Shown here: piece by piece, positions 40,130-54,489 of the stretch
How the letters are laid out: each line of letters begins with the position of its first letter
Position numbering within the stretch: position 1 is the first letter of the stretch
The notes under the pieces: generated by a model
Told to the model about the DNA's origin: nothing
What the model saw: the letters and a program-made list of their open reading frames with translations, nothing else
The model's database searches: none
Translations under genes and position numbers: made by a program
From: Trichinella spiralis
Lineage: Eukaryota
Direction of reading: 5' to 3'
Length of the DNA: 60,094 nucleotides
Assembly: GCF_000181795.1 (NCBI RefSeq)
Contig: NW_003526941.1
Span: forward strand, 750,266 to 810,359

Positions 40130-43100
40130 ACACATTTTATTGCTAAATTTTTTCACTGAAACAAAAAATCCCATCTTGAATTCGTTCAATTTTCTCCGCA
40201 TATAGGGAAATTTTCAATCATCACTCCAACGTGTTGTTTGTTCTTCCTTCTGCTACTTCTTCTGTTCAATAAACTGCTTCTCTGCTCGTGCTGTGCGGAT
40301 TAATTTTCCTCTTGGTATACCCAGAATTCTGCTGAATCGACTTTTGGCATTTCTGTTTCATATTATCATTCATGCCGAATTTGATCTTAGAACAAGGAAA
40401 CAATTTCACGATCACAACAACAATTCAATCATTCAAAAGTTAGAACCGCAACATAAATACAATATCAATTTTCGCAAAGAACGCAACGAGGATAAAATTT
40501 TAAAAATAACATACTTTAAACATCTCTTCTTCCAGTAGAGTATGTGTAACTTGATTAACTCTTCGAAGAAATTCAACGTCACCTTCGTTCTTGTTCTGGA
40601 TAAAGCGTTGCTTTGGAACTAACAAAAACATAGTTCTCATGTAATTTATCTTCAAAAACAATTGCAATCCAACATACATTTCTTATTCTTTTTGTATAAC
40701 TTGCAGTGATTCAGTGTCATCAACTCGCGGCAAAGACGGGGAACTTCTTGTTCAGAGAAATCAACTACTTTTCTTTCAGGAGCTTCTCTTAAGAAAAAAA
40801 AATTGGTGTACTTTATCATTAACCGAATTACACACACACACACACACACATATATATTAATATATACTAAAGCGTACTTGTTTCTATGGCTTTTTTTGTT
40901 AAATTTTCTCTTTCTTTTGTAATATTTACCCATTTTAAAAGATCCGAATCCTTCAAGCGTAAAGATTATCACGTTTCGAACAACTGATTGTTTGCACAAA
41001 TATTATCAGCCACTAACTACAACAGTATGCCATATTGATGTTTATTAATCCAGAGGAGACATTTGAATGCAGTAAATTTTACTAAATCTTACTTACTAGG
41101 AAAAACTTTTCCAAATGACAATATTTGCGCTTAACGACAAAAATTCCGAAAAACATTTTTCTTACCATATTATGATTTGCACGTACAAACTGTACTGCAA
41201 TTGATTATTCATCTTAAAATAATTATTGTTACAATTGATAACGATAAAGTTGATCTTTTCAAGTTTCAAATATAGTGTGAATAAAATTTAAGATTTTATA
41301 AATTACAGTTTATAATGGTTTGTTTTACAAAGCAATCTGACAAAAGCTAACGGTTAACAGAATTAGCGGACGTAATGCCCAATTTGATTGGTCAATTTGG
41401 ATTTCTGGCTCCGCCTTCAAATTTGCAAAATGTTATATTGCTCTCTAGCTTTTATCTAGCGTTCTGTTCAGTTGTTTTCTCTCTTGCGCTGTTGATGCTG
41501 ATCTCTGCGTGTCTTGTTTTACACAGTGTTACCGGTTTCTTTTCGAAATACAATATTCTGCAATTGTAATTGTTAAATAAGATTAAACAATTAATTGCAC
41601 AATATCGTATGAAAAAATAGTTGTCACATGTGAAAGTATGTTTTATCGTGTTTTACAAAGATGTGAGTAGAAATGCATTATTGAGTGAATGATGGTATTG
41701 TATCCGAAATTGCAGTGCAGCGTTTCGATAACAGTTTTAAGCAGAGAAAGAGTCAATTGTATTTTGTTTGGTAAGTATTGAATTGTTGCTTTGTTTGTTG
41801 TAAATAATAGGTGAAGAATAGAAAACAAAATTAAATGTCGAAATTTTGTGAGCTATAGACTTTGCTGTTTTCGCGTTTTCGTGAAAAAATTTTTTTCGAA
41901 ATTTTGAATTCTTTTCTTAGTTACATATCGATAAATTGGAGAATTCTGCAAAGTCTGATTGAACACATTTCGATACTTCTGAAATAAACTGCTTTAAATT
42001 TGGCAGTTTGTTTATCTTGATTGATAGAATATTTACGCAACCGTAACTTTGTTTATATATACCCAATTTGCGTGAAATTTATTAAATGATGCATTTTGCA
42101 CTTTGCTTTAAAAATGATTAGCCTGTTTCAATATTTTTTACGTATTGTTCATTCCATTATACTTGAAGTAATAAAGCTTACTTTTTTTGACAACTATATT
42201 AATCATTTTTCAAATACAAATGTATAATGCTATTTATGTTTTCAGAAAAATTCAAGAGGTATTTATGATGTAATCAGAACATGAAAGTGAAGCGATTTAG
42301 CGATTTTTCTGTATGTCGCATTTCGTTTTGTTAAAGGGGATATTTCACCTTTCATTTACTTTCTGCATTTCTTCATCACAAGCATGTATAGAATTTGAAA
42401 TTTCCTTGTATTCTTTCTTGTTGATGATTTTGAAAAATCGTAATTGTTTTTGTAATTGTGTTGTTTGTATCAATCGTTTATTTGTCACTTCTTCTAATTA
42501 TATTTATTATTATGGTATTTTTTAGTAATTGTGGCTCCTACTAATGGATTGAAGCTGAACATTATTTCTATGCTAACTTTTCTTAAAATATGAATTTTAT
42601 TCAAAACATGTATTTAACTGATATTATATTTTGTAAGTTGATTTTTGATGAAAACTGCTCATTATACTTTGAATATTGATTGTAAGGAAAACATGCAATA
42701 CAATGTACTGCATGACAATACACTTTCACCCAGCTAAATTCTGTTAATTTAGAAGTTTTTACAGATTATGTTAGAAATATTTAGTCTTTCAGCTTTTCAT
42801 AATATTTCAGTGAAAGAAATTTGCATCGTAAGGAAATTTTACGTTATATTATGTATTTAAATAAAAAGCAAATGACGTTCGTCATTTAATAAAATTGTTC
42901 ACCATATGCACGCTGCTACGCTGTCAGTGATATAAAATTAGCCTGTTCTTACCAGAGGCAAAGTAGTTTTCTATTTGCATAATTCATTTAATATCAAACA
43001 CCACTTCAGAGCACTTCTATAATGTTCAGTTATTTAGTGCTGGGCGACGGCTAGAGGGACGTGTTCAACTATAATTCCACACTTCATTACCATCTCTGAA

Positions 43101-45046
43101 TCATGCCTGATAGTATGTTGCCTTTAATTTTCTATGAATGCTATTTGGTTGACTTTTAATTATAGTGAGAGAACATTAATCGGCATCTGTATTAGTAGTA
43201 TTATTATTATTCCCTTTCAGATGCTTTACCCAAACGTGTACGTATATTTGTTTTTATGTTGAGATGACCACAATAATATTATTCACTTTCAGCATTGTCA
43301 TGATTTGGAAACAAATGCAACAAAAGAGTGGCATGTAAGAAATATAATTCCACTTTTGAAAGTCTTGTATTTTTAAAAGGTAAGTGATGCTTGAGAATGT
43401 ATGCTGATGCTTTTGTGATATACGTTATTCTCATAACTTGACAAACACAATAAATGTGAACTTATAAGGGTTTCTGCTAGCACTATTCACCTATAAATAT
43501 TATTAGTAGTACATTACTTTTGATTTTTAAAGGTGCTTCAAACAAACAAAAGAAGCATAGTATACTTTTGCGTTCACCATTTTCACTTTCACAATTAACA
43601 TACTATGAAATTGAATACTTCACACACGGGAGATCATAGTGAAGTAGAACTTGCAATCATTATACTATGGTGAGTACCACGCTAAATTTGCATGTTTTCA
43701 GAAATCAAAGATATGCATCACTAGATCGCATCGTAAATGAATGCGCATTAGTGCACGATGTAAAGTGTAAGGGGGCAAAATCTATAAATTTTTAATAATT
43801 TGCTTCTGTATTTTCTCCATGCATATAAGATAACAATATTGCCGGTTCCACACTGACTAAAGTGACAACCATGATGCACAGTTTTCAGTACTTCAATCCA
43901 GCATGTGCATTAAATGAAATTACCAATTCATTATGCTTGCGTTTTAAGTAAATGTTATTTTTTGCCATTCTTCTGTTTTTTGCATTCATTTTTCTTTTCA
44001 AAGTGGTTGATCAAAGTCTGATTGAAATGTTCACTAAACAATCAGTTCCTTTAAATTAATGAATGAATTTTGCTGAATATTGCGACATATTATTATCGTG
44101 CCAGTGCAGCCCCATTTACTATTACATTTACATTTACCATTTACAAGAAACTATTTTATACTTCTTTAATTTACGGCATAATATTATTTGTGATAGATAG
44201 TGGCTTTGATCTGTAACGTATTCAGGATTTTGTTGTTGTTCAGCAATTATTATAATCTTTGTTGTTAGCTCATTACATTGTTATACGTTTTCAAAGCATA
44301 CATGTATTTCTAGGTCAGCAGAGTAACTTTATGCAAATGTGATGGTAAACACTGCCGTCGGCATTCTGCTACGTGCACTTTGTGCTATTCAAATACGGTA
44401 CCAATGTTCCTTATATAAATTTCTGTTTATTGAAGGAACTCCATTATAGTCTAAATGTTCGCTGCTGAAGGGCGGTCTATTTACTTACAGCATTGCGTTA
44501 TTTGGTCATTTCGATGCTTCACTGCAACAATTACGTTGCGATTGCTAGACTAAAAATATGAAGAAACCATGAACATCAGGTGACAAAATGTATAAGACTC
44601 TACGCTTGCTTTATACGTCATCCCTGACAGGTCTGCTGACAGGTATGAATTTTCATATATTTGCTATTTTTTCATACTATGTTTTCTTTCTTTCTCTTGG
44701 CACACTGCACTAAACATGCGCGCTTTTTAAGCTTTTCGAGTTGCTTGATTGTAGTCTTTTTGAATGGAAACTAGCGCGTTGTTCTTCAGTAATGATGTTC
44801 AACTAATATTCGAGCCTTTATTACGGCCAAGCCAATATAGAATAGTACTAATGGTATATTTTGCTATAATTTTCAATCGTCCTTACAAATCCATATGTAA
44901 AGTAGTACTCTGACATAGCAGTTGAACCCCTCCCGCCTTATCTTTCCTTCCCGCTGTAATGTTTATTGCTAAGGTAACATACTTGCCCAATGGAGCCGAA
45001 ATGTCTGTCACCGGGATACTGCTGTCGCACAATCACACCCCTGAAT
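38991..45046 (+). repeat. Copy 1 of a ~6 kb direct duplication (3' ASTE1 + CCDC137-like + non-coding region)
   Basis: Collinear with 45057-~51075; paired duplicate ORFs appear in the track (e.g. 41375/47422, 42313/48359). Confidence 0.95.
40266..40933 (-). CDS. Small basic CCDC137-like protein, 4 exons
   Basis: MGKYYKRKRKFNKKSHRNK / EAPERKVVDFSEQEVPRLCRELMTL / PKQRFIQNKNEGDVEFLRRVNQVTHTLLEE / IKFGMND...EAVY*; EQEVP-RELM and F-Q-E-D-F-RR resemble CCDC137 blocks. Convergent with ASTE1. Confidence 0.55.
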
Positions 45047-45056
45047 NNNNNNNNNN
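45047..45056. other. Assembly gap (10 N)
   Basis: Run of n characters exactly at the duplication junction. Confidence 1.
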
Positions 45057-46195
45057 TGAGCTATGGGAAGAAATCGTCCGTGCGTTCGCTGCGCGAGATT
45101 ATTCTGTCCGGCGCCAACTTTTACCAGAACACCAGACTTATGGGCAACTGTGAAGATCCAACACGCTTGACAAGACGGCAGCTGAAGAACTTGCCCGATT
45201 GGCTAGTGGAGCTATACTGCGCCGGCCGGATGCCATGTCCGATTGTAATTGCCATTCGTTGCAATCAGACATTAATACTACCAACGTTTGTCGAAGACTT
45301 TACCAAGCCGACCATTTATGACAGTTCGACCAGGTTAAGGGAAGCGTTGTATGGAATAATTTTGAAAGATACAGGAAAACTTCAAGTTAAAGAGTACGTG
45401 AGATTGAACCAAGCGTTCCGCTTTCGTGTGATTTCTGTATCTTCGGAATGGTGCAGTCTTTCTGATATCGGCAATATGACTAGTTCAGAGCTGAGAGCTC
45501 AGTTTCTTCGTATTGTCGACTGCGATGAAGCGGAAATAATCAGCTTGTCCGAAAATTTGCAACTGTATTTTCTATCTCTTCGTTACTGGTCACTGTCTGC
45601 GGCTGAGTTTGCCAGCAAGAACATTCTGATTGCATTCATCGCAGTTGCTTATTGCTTATTTTCTGTATCCGCCCCCGGACAAGGTTTCCCGAAACCATTC
45701 CGCCTGCTGAACGCAATTCCCGTGTTGGATACTCGAATGAAAAGCAAACTTTTCCTACAGATTACGCACAGTGTGAACATCTGGCAAGCCAGTTTGACAG
45801 CGATGACGTGGCTCAATTATGTGTTGAGAGAACCGTTCAAATGGCCAAAAATTAGTACTCTTTTCTCTGGAAGAATGCTAATCAATTTGGCTTGTGAACT
45901 TTCGCGCGATGTGAAACCGATGAATTTGCTTGAGAAAAAATATTTCGCCAGTGCCGCAAACAGTTTTGCATCTTTCCTGGAATTTTGTAAACCATTCCAA
46001 AATATTATTGACCAAGCCCCGCTCAGCGCTACTGCAAAGCCCAGGAAACGACGTCGGCCAAAGCAGAAGAGTTCAACAAAAAGTGCCGAAAAAAGCCCTG
46101 TAACTGGTCAATCCACATCATCATCAGAATGGGCTGATGTCGACGAAGAAAACAGATTTTCAAAATTGCTCAATAATAATTTGAAAATTTCCTGA
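45057..46195 (+). CDS. ASTE1: Second, 5'-truncated (at the gap) copy of ASTE1
   Basis: Protein identical to the 3' part of 38171-40129 apart from V>G at the gap edge and K>R near the C-terminus. The track ORF 44990-46195 is a chimera across the N gap. Confidence 0.7.
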
Positions 46196-46331
46196 ACACA
46201 ATTTATTGCTAAATTTTTTCACTGAAACAAAAAATCCCATCTTGAATTCGTTCAATTTTCTCCGCATATAGGGAAATTTTCAATCATCACTCCAACGTGT
46301 TGTTTGTTCTTCCTTCTGCTACTTCTTCTGT

Positions 46332-46980
46332 TCAATAAACTGCTTCTCTGCTCGTGCTGTGCGGATTAATTTTCCTCTTGGTATACCCAGAATTCTGCTG
46401 AATCGACTTTTGGCATTTCTGTTTCGTATTATCATTCATGCCGAATTTGATCTTAGAACAAGGAAACAATTTCACGATCACAACAACAATCATTCAAAAG
46501 TTAGAACCGCAACATAAATACAATATCAATTTTCGCAAAGAACGCAACGAGGATAAAATTTTAAAAATAACATACTTTAAACATCTCTTCTTCCAGTAGA
46601 GTATGTGTAACTTGATTAACTCTTCGAAGAAATTCAACGTCACCTTCGTTCTTGTTCTGGATAAAGCGTTGCTTTAGAACTAACAAAAACATAGTTCTCA
46701 TGTAATTTATCTTCAAAAACAATTGCAATTCAACATACATTTCTTATTCTTTTTGTATAACTTGCAGTGATTCAGTGTCATCAACTCGCGGCAAAGACGG
46801 GGAACTTCTTGTTCAGAGAAATCAACTACTTTTCTTTCAGGAGCTTCTCTTAAGAAAAAAAAATTGGTGTACTTTATCATTAACCGAATTACACACACAC
46901 ACATTAATATATTCTAAAGCGTACTTGTTTCTATGGCTTTTTTTGTTAAATTTTCTCTTTCTTTTGTAATATTTACCCAT
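46332..46980 (-). CDS. Second copy of the CCDC137-like gene
   Basis: Same exon structure as 40266-40933; differences mainly intronic (shorter CA repeat, small indels). Confidence 0.5.
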
Positions 46981-49914
46981 TTTAAAAGATCCGAATCCTT
47001 CAAGCGTAAAGATTATCACGTTTCGAACAACTGATTGTTTGCACAAATATTATCAGCCACTAACTACAACAGTATGCCATATTGATGTTTATTAATCCAG
47101 AGGAGACATTTGAATGCAATAAATTTTACTAAATCTTACTTACTAGGAAAAACTTTTCCAAATGACAATATTTGCGCTTAACGACAAAAATTCCGAAAAA
47201 CATTTTTCTTACCATATTATGATTTGCACGTACAAACTGTACTGCAATTGATTATTCATCTTAAAATAATTATTGTTACAATTGATAACGATAAAGTTGA
47301 TCTTTTCAAGTTTCAAATATAGTGTGAATAAAATTTAAGATTTTATAAATTACAGTTTATAATGGTTTGTTTTACAAAGCAATCTGACAAAAGCTAACGG
47401 TTAACAGAATTAGCGGACGTAATGCCCAATTTGATTGGTCAATTTGGATTTCTGGCTCCGCCTTCAAATTTGCAAAATGTTATATTGCTCTCTTGCTTTT
47501 ATCTAGCGTTCTGTTCAGTTGTTCTCTCTCTTGCGCTGTTGATGCTGATCTCTGCGTGTCTTGTTTTACACAGTGTTACCGGTTTCTTTTCGAAATACAG
47601 TATTCTGCAATTGTAATTGTTAAATAAGATTAAACAATTAATTGCACAATATCGTATGAAAAAATAGTTGTCACATGTGAAAGTATGTTTTATCGTGTTT
47701 TACAAAGATGTGAGTAGAAATGCATTATTGAGTGAATGATGGTATTGTATCCGAAATTGCAGTGCAGCGTTTCGATAACAGTTTTAAGCACAGAAAGAGT
47801 CAATTGTATTTTGTTTGGTAAGTATTGAATTGTTGCTTTGTTTGTTGTAAATAATAGGTGAAGAATAGAAAACAAAATTAAATGTCGAAATTTTGTGAGC
47901 TATGGACTTTGCTGTTTTCACGTTTTCGTGAAAAAAAATTTTTCGAAATTTTGAATTCTTTTCTTGGTTACATATCGATAAATTGGAGAGTTCTGCACAG
48001 TCTGGTTGAACACATTTCGATACTTCTGAAATAAACTGCTTTAAATTTGGCAGTTTGTTTATCTTGATTGATAGAATATTTACGCAACCGTAACTTTGTT
48101 CATATATACCCAATTTGCGTGAAATTTATTAAATGAAGCATTTTGCACTTTGCTTTAAAAATGATTAGCCTGTTTCAATATTTTTTCGTATTGTTCATTC
48201 CATTTTACTTGAAGTAATAAAGCTTACTTTTTTTGACAACTATATTAATCACTTTTCAAATACAAATGTATAATGCTATTTATGTTTTCAGAAATATTCA
48301 AATGGTATTTATGCTGTAATCAGAACATGAAAGTGAAGCGATTTAGCGATTTTTCTGTATGTCGCATTTCGTTTTGTTTAAGGGGATATTTCACCTTTCA
48401 TTTACTTTCTGCATTTCTTTATCACAAGCATGTATAGAATTTGAAATTTCCTTGTATTCTTTCTTGTTGATGATTTTGAAAAATCGTAATTGTTTTTGTA
48501 ATTGCGTTGTTTGTATCAATCGTTTATTCGTCACTTCTTCTAATTATATTTATTATTATGGTATTTTTAGTAATTGTGGTTCCTATTAATGGATTGGAGC
48601 TGAACATTATTTCTATGCTAACTTTTCCTAAAATATATTATTAATTTTATTCAACACATGTATTTAACTGATATTATATTTTGTAAGTTGATTTTTGATG
48701 AAAACTGCTCATTATACTTTGAATATTGATTGTAAGGAAAACATGCAATACAATGTACTGCATGACAATACACTTTCACTTAGCTAAATTCTGTTAATTT
48801 AAAAGTTTTTGCAGATTGTGTTAGAAATATTTAGTCTTTCATCTTTTCATAATATTTCAATGAAAGAAATCGGCATCATAAAGAAATATTACGTTATGTT
48901 ATGTATGTAAATAAAAAGCAAATGACGTTCGTCATTTAATCAAATTGTTCTCCATATGCACGCTACCACGCTGTTAGTGATATAAAATTAGCCTGTTCTT
49001 ACCAGAGGCAAAGTAGTTTTCTATTTGCATAATTTATTTAATATCAAACACCACTTCAGAGCACTTCTATAATGTTCAGTTATTTAGTGCTGGGCGACGG
49101 CTAGAGGGACGTGTTCAACTATAATTCCACACTTCATTACCATCTCTGAATCATGCCTGATAGTATGTTGCCTTTACTTTTCTATGAATGCTATTTGGTT
49201 GACTTTTAATTATAGTGAGAGAACATTAATCGGCATCTGTATTAGTAGTATTATTATTATTCCCTTTCAGATGCTTTACCCAAACGTGTACGTATATTTG
49301 TTTTTATGTTGAGATGACCACAATAATATTATTCACTTTCAGCATTGTCATGATTTGGAAACAAATGCAACAAAAGAGTGGCATGTGAGAAATATAATTC
49401 CACTTTTGAAAGTCTTGTATTTTTAAAAGGTAAGTGATGCTTGAGAATGTATGCTGATGCTTTTGTGATATACGTTATTCTCATAACTTGACAAACATAA
49501 TAAATGTGAACTTATAAGGGTTTATGCTAGCACTATTCACTTATAAATATTATTAGTAGTACATTACTTTTGATTTTTAAAGGTGCTTCAAACAAACAAA
49601 AGAAGCACAGTATACATTACCGTTCACCATTTTCACTATCACAATTAACATAATATGAAATTGAATACTTCACACACGGGAGATCATAATGAAGTAGACC
49701 TTGCAATCATTATATTATGGTGAGTACCATGCTAAATTTACATGTTTTCAGTAATAAAAGATATGCATCACTAGATCACATCGTAAATGAATGTGCATTA
49801 GTGCACGATGTAAAGTGTAAGGGGGCAAAATCTATAAATTTTTAATAATTTTCTGCTGTATTTTGTCCGTGCATATAAGATAACAATGTTGCCGGTTCTA
49901 CACTGACTAATGTC

Positions 49915-52638
49915 ACAACCGTGATGCATAATTTTCAGTACATCAACCCACCATGTGCATTACATAAAATTATCAATTCATTATGCTTGTGTTTTAAGTA
50001 AATGTTGTTTTGCCATTCTTCTGTTTTTTGCATTTATTTTTCGGCTTTTAAAAGTGGTTGATCAAAGTCTGATTGAAATGTTCACTAAATAATCAGTTCC
50101 TTTAAATTAATGAATGAATTTTGCTGAGTATTGCGGCATATTATTATCGTGCCGGTGCAGCCCCATTTACGTAAGACACAATTTTATACTTATTTAATTT
50201 ACGGCATAATATTATTTGTGATAGATAGTCGCTTTGATCTGTAACATATTCAGGATTTTGTTGTTGTTCAGCAATTATTATAATCTTTGGTGTTGGCTCA
50301 TTACATTGTTATACGTTTTCAAAGCATACATGTATTTCTAGGTCAGCAGAGTAACTTTATGCAAATGTGATGGTAAACACTGCCGTCGGCATTCTGCTAC
50401 GAGCACTTTGTGCTATTCAAATACGGTAGCAATGTTCCTTATATAAATTTCTGTTTATTGAAGGAACTCCATTATAGTCTAAATGTTCGCTGCTGAAGGG
50501 CGGTCTATTTACTTACAGCATTGCGTTATTTGGTCATTTCGATGCTTCACTGCAACAATTACGTTGCGATTGCGAGACTAAAAATATGAAGAAACCATGA
50601 ACATCAGTTACAAAATGTATGACTCTACGCTTGCTTTATACGTCATCCCTGACAGGTCTGCTGACAGGTATGAATTTTCATATATTTGCTATTTTTTCAT
50701 ACTATGTTTTCTTTCTTTCTCTTGGCACACTGCACTAAACATGCGCGCTTTTTAAGTTTTTTGTAGTTGCTTGATTTTAGTCTTTTTGAATGGAAACTAG
50801 CGCGTTGTTCTTCAGTAATGATGTTCAACTAATATTCGAGCCTTTATTACGGCCAAGCCAATATATAATAGTACTAATGGTATATTTTGCTATAATTTTC
50901 AATCGTCCTTACAAATCCATATGTAAAGTAGTACTCTGACATAGCAGTTGAACCCCTCCCGCCTTATCTTTACTTCCCACTGTAATGTTTATTGCTAAGG
51001 TAACATACTTGCCCAATTGTTTAAAGGAAATGTCTGTCACCGGGATACTGCTGTCGCACAATCACACCCCTAAATGCTTGTCACTGCTCAAATCGTGCAC
51101 AAGATTGTTTCAGCATGACATAGGAAAGCTGCTGTTAGTTAGAGAACATACTTTTATACTACCACCTTTGGTACTTTCAGAATGGCAGTAACGTTCCCTT
51201 CATTTTTGAAATGACTCCTTAAAGTTTCTATTATGATATTGTATGGCCCGTAGCACTGACTTATACAGATGCACCTAATTTCTGTCATTGAGAAAATAAC
51301 TCAATGCCCATCAATGTTGTCAGTATTGATAAATGAAACAACGCCTGAATATTATACGTGATGATTGAGTGGAAGAACGCATATGACAACTTCCACCTCC
51401 TCCAACCTTCAATTTCTTGCTCATTCCTTCCAGCTATGCTTTCCCGCCCTCCTTTCCTTTCTAATGATCCCCATCACTGAGCCCGTAATAATACTAAGCT
51501 GAACAGAGATCACATTCAACTGAAAATGCTGCCCACCCCCTATTTCCAGCTGAATCAACAGCACTTGGCTGTTTTTATCTCGTATAAATCTAATTTCTCA
51601 TAATTGTTATCGACTAGCAATATAACAAAATCCAGGCTACTCGTGATTCTTTTGTTTTATTCTTTTCATAAAAAGCAATACAGAAATGTCACCCGCATAA
51701 GTTTCTTGAATTCATTGCAAATCGGTCAGTTACTGAATTTCTGCGATTAGGGTTTTTCTCACATTGTATGAAGCGCGCTGATGCAGTGCTCAACCAAGTT
51801 TGCAGTCTTGCTATAAATTATCCTAAGGCGCAAACGAACGTGGAGGTGAGCTGTCAAGCGGCATACCCCATGGAGCGGCCGCTTAACAACATTATGTCTA
51901 CGCTGCGCACTTGTTGACTTCTGTATTGACATAAACTGCATTTTACAAAATTTCATTACAACTGTTTAATTTTCCATAAATCTGAAAAAGTATTTTATTT
52001 TCGCAACTGTTTTCAGTGGGAGCTATTTGAAATTATAATTTTGATTAGAAGAAAAGCATTGATAAAATATAAATTATTGAATCACCTTGTACTTTCAAGC
52101 AACTAAATTCCACAACATACATAAATACGCAGTGATAACATTTCCGTTTATTTTTAGTAATTTGCGATGCTTTATGTTAATAACTTTACGTTTTAGGTAA
52201 TTTTAGGGAAAAGATTTGCATAACAATGCAATATTACGTAGTAATAGGAAGTGTGTAAATAAGAACGTAATAAATTTCATCGTCTCGTTTTATAATGTTG
52301 CTCATAATGTTTATTTTACTGCGCTATTAGTGATGGAAAATTAGGTTATTCTTCCTGAAGCAAAGTAAATAGTCATTTGCATAATTTACTTATTATACAA
52401 TTGACTAAGCACATCGATTTTATTAGGTTTTTCAGTTCACTGCAATGCTATCAATCTAGCACGTGGTCAACTATAATTCCGCTTTTCAACACCATCCATG
52501 AATAACTGGTAAGTTGGATTTGATATTTTGGTGGTGGCATGCTATGCATGTTACTTTACTTATATGGTGAATGGAAACTGACGGGTTTCTTTTCTATTGT
52601 TGTTATTGCTAACTTTCAGGAACATCAGATGCTGAAGA
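49915..52638 (+). repeat. Left arm of a large inverted repeat (at least 2.7 kb)
   Basis: Reverse complement of 57367-60094; mirrored ORFs 50985(+)/58814(-) and 51759(-)/58049(+). Inner boundary ...ggaacatcagatgctgaaga at 52638. Confidence 0.95.
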
Positions 52639-54105
52639 AAAGGAACTCTTTGTTTATTATTTTGTGATATAATTTTCTTTCAGAATTGACATTTTATATT
52701 CATATCAATGAATGTGAAACAAACAGTACCTGAAAACTAACTGAATATGGTAACTATGCATCATGATAAATGTGCCTTGCTTTTCACTTGAATTTTTCTG
52801 TTAAATTTAGCTTTTAGGTTACAGTGCCAATAGCGCCACATTACTTTCATTCTAACTGCAGCATTAATATTAAATTATCATGTATATGATATCATAGATT
52901 GGGTGGTCTTGATTGAATTCTTTTACGAATTGAAAATTACATTTGCCTTGCTACATTTTGAAAATGCACAGATGCAATCTATTATCAGTAAAGACGGGTA
53001 AAAGTTGTTGAACAGTGGTTGTTGAAGTTGCTGACAGCGTTCAAAAAACGTATGACAAAAAACAGTAAGTATTGACTTTGTTTAGTTAGATAGCAAGACG
53101 ATGGACTGATCAGATATATGTAATATTTGGTAAAATCTATAATTATAGATTGCGTCATCACCTGAGCTTTTATGGAGTTTTATTTGTTCTGGGCACCGTG
53201 ATAAGTCATGTTCAGATCATTTCGTTCCAAATGTGGCATCCGTAAGTATTGAATTTGCTTCTGATTGCAGTTGCATCGTACAGTGTACATATTTTATCTA
53301 TGACAGCATTACATTAACACCAAGCGAATTCGATGTTTCTTCTGATGGCCCTCTGAGTTGAAGTTAACGAAGTGACGTTCATCATTGGTACTAGTGTGGT
53401 TTCACTTATCATAAGAGTAAGAAAGAAATGATTGTAATTCTAGCAGATTACGTTGAGACAGTCGAGAAGCGCTGGTGCCCGTATAGATCTTTTGTGAGTG
53501 CGTTTCCAATGTGATATGACAAAAATTAGTTTTTGTTTATAATAGCTGTGGATTATGTCGTCTCATGAAGCCCGTACTGATGTCAACCTGGCGTTTCAGT
53601 GGCGTTTTCTAGCCGTCCCAGTGTGCCTTTAGTTATCACAAATAGTAAGTAAAGGAATTTGATATTATGACAGCAATGTTAAATAGAACAGGTCGCTGTA
53701 CATCCCAGCATTTTGTTCTTGATAGCAATGGATTACGTCTTCAGAAAATTTGTTTAGTCGCAGCCGATGGCACTCTCAAATTGCGTTTCCTACGGTTCTG
53801 ATGTTTTTCCTTGTCACCCAAGGTAAGAAAGAATTGCATTATTTTTTGTAGAATTGTATTTAGATTTGTATTTAGTTTTAGTGCGTAACTGTGAAGACGA
53901 GAGCCGCATCTTGAATGATCTCCATCGAATATCGTAGTTTTTATTATGTTGCTGTTATTCGTATGGCTTTCTTTTAATATGGCTGTAATATGTTGTAATA
54001 TTCAACTATGTATTTTAGAATCATAGCATGTTTATAAATTCTTTAAGAGGAGTAGAGAAGTAGAAGTACTGCTACGAAGCATCAAGTTAAGTGGATAAAG
54101 TAATG

Positions 54106-54442
54106 CAGGTAAGTAGAGTCGAAGCGGTAAATGGTACAGGTAAATGGACTGCAGGTAAGTACTGAAGGTAAGTACGATAACGTAGGGTGCAGGTGAGTAA
54201 AATGAAAAGGGACAGGTACTCGAAGGTACAGGTAAATGGAGTGCAGGTAAGTACTGAAGGTAAGTACGATAACGTAGGGTGGAGGTGAGTTTTGCAGTAA
54301 AAGGTAAGTTTTGCAGGTAAGTATATAAAGAAGAATATCGTACAGTTAAGTGGATTGAAGTGTGATAGCGTAGAGGTAAGTATATGGCGTAACTCTACGC
54401 TGAGAGGAGTACGGGAAAGCATAGGTAAGTAGTGAGGTAAGT
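54106..54442 (+). repeat. Purine-rich array of 5' splice-donor consensus motifs (12 x AG|GTRAGT), including a ~66 bp direct repeat
   Basis: Counted by eye: ten AGGTAAGT and two AGGTGAGT plus weaker AGGTAAAT; 54133-54198 repeats at 54225-54290 with two mismatches. Confidence 0.85.
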
Positions 54443-54489
54443 GGGGGACATGTATGAAATTGCAGAAGTAAGGAGGGTGGTACAGATGA

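Larger units (their letters stand above)
45057..51075 (+). repeat. Copy 2 of the ~6 kb direct duplication
   Basis: Begins tgagctatg(g)gaagaaatcg, equal to 38991; ends near aatcacacccct, equal to ~45042. Confidence 0.95.

Noticed and set aside
44990..46195. Novel 401-aa fusion protein
   Set aside because: The ORF reads through the N gap joining unrelated contig ends.
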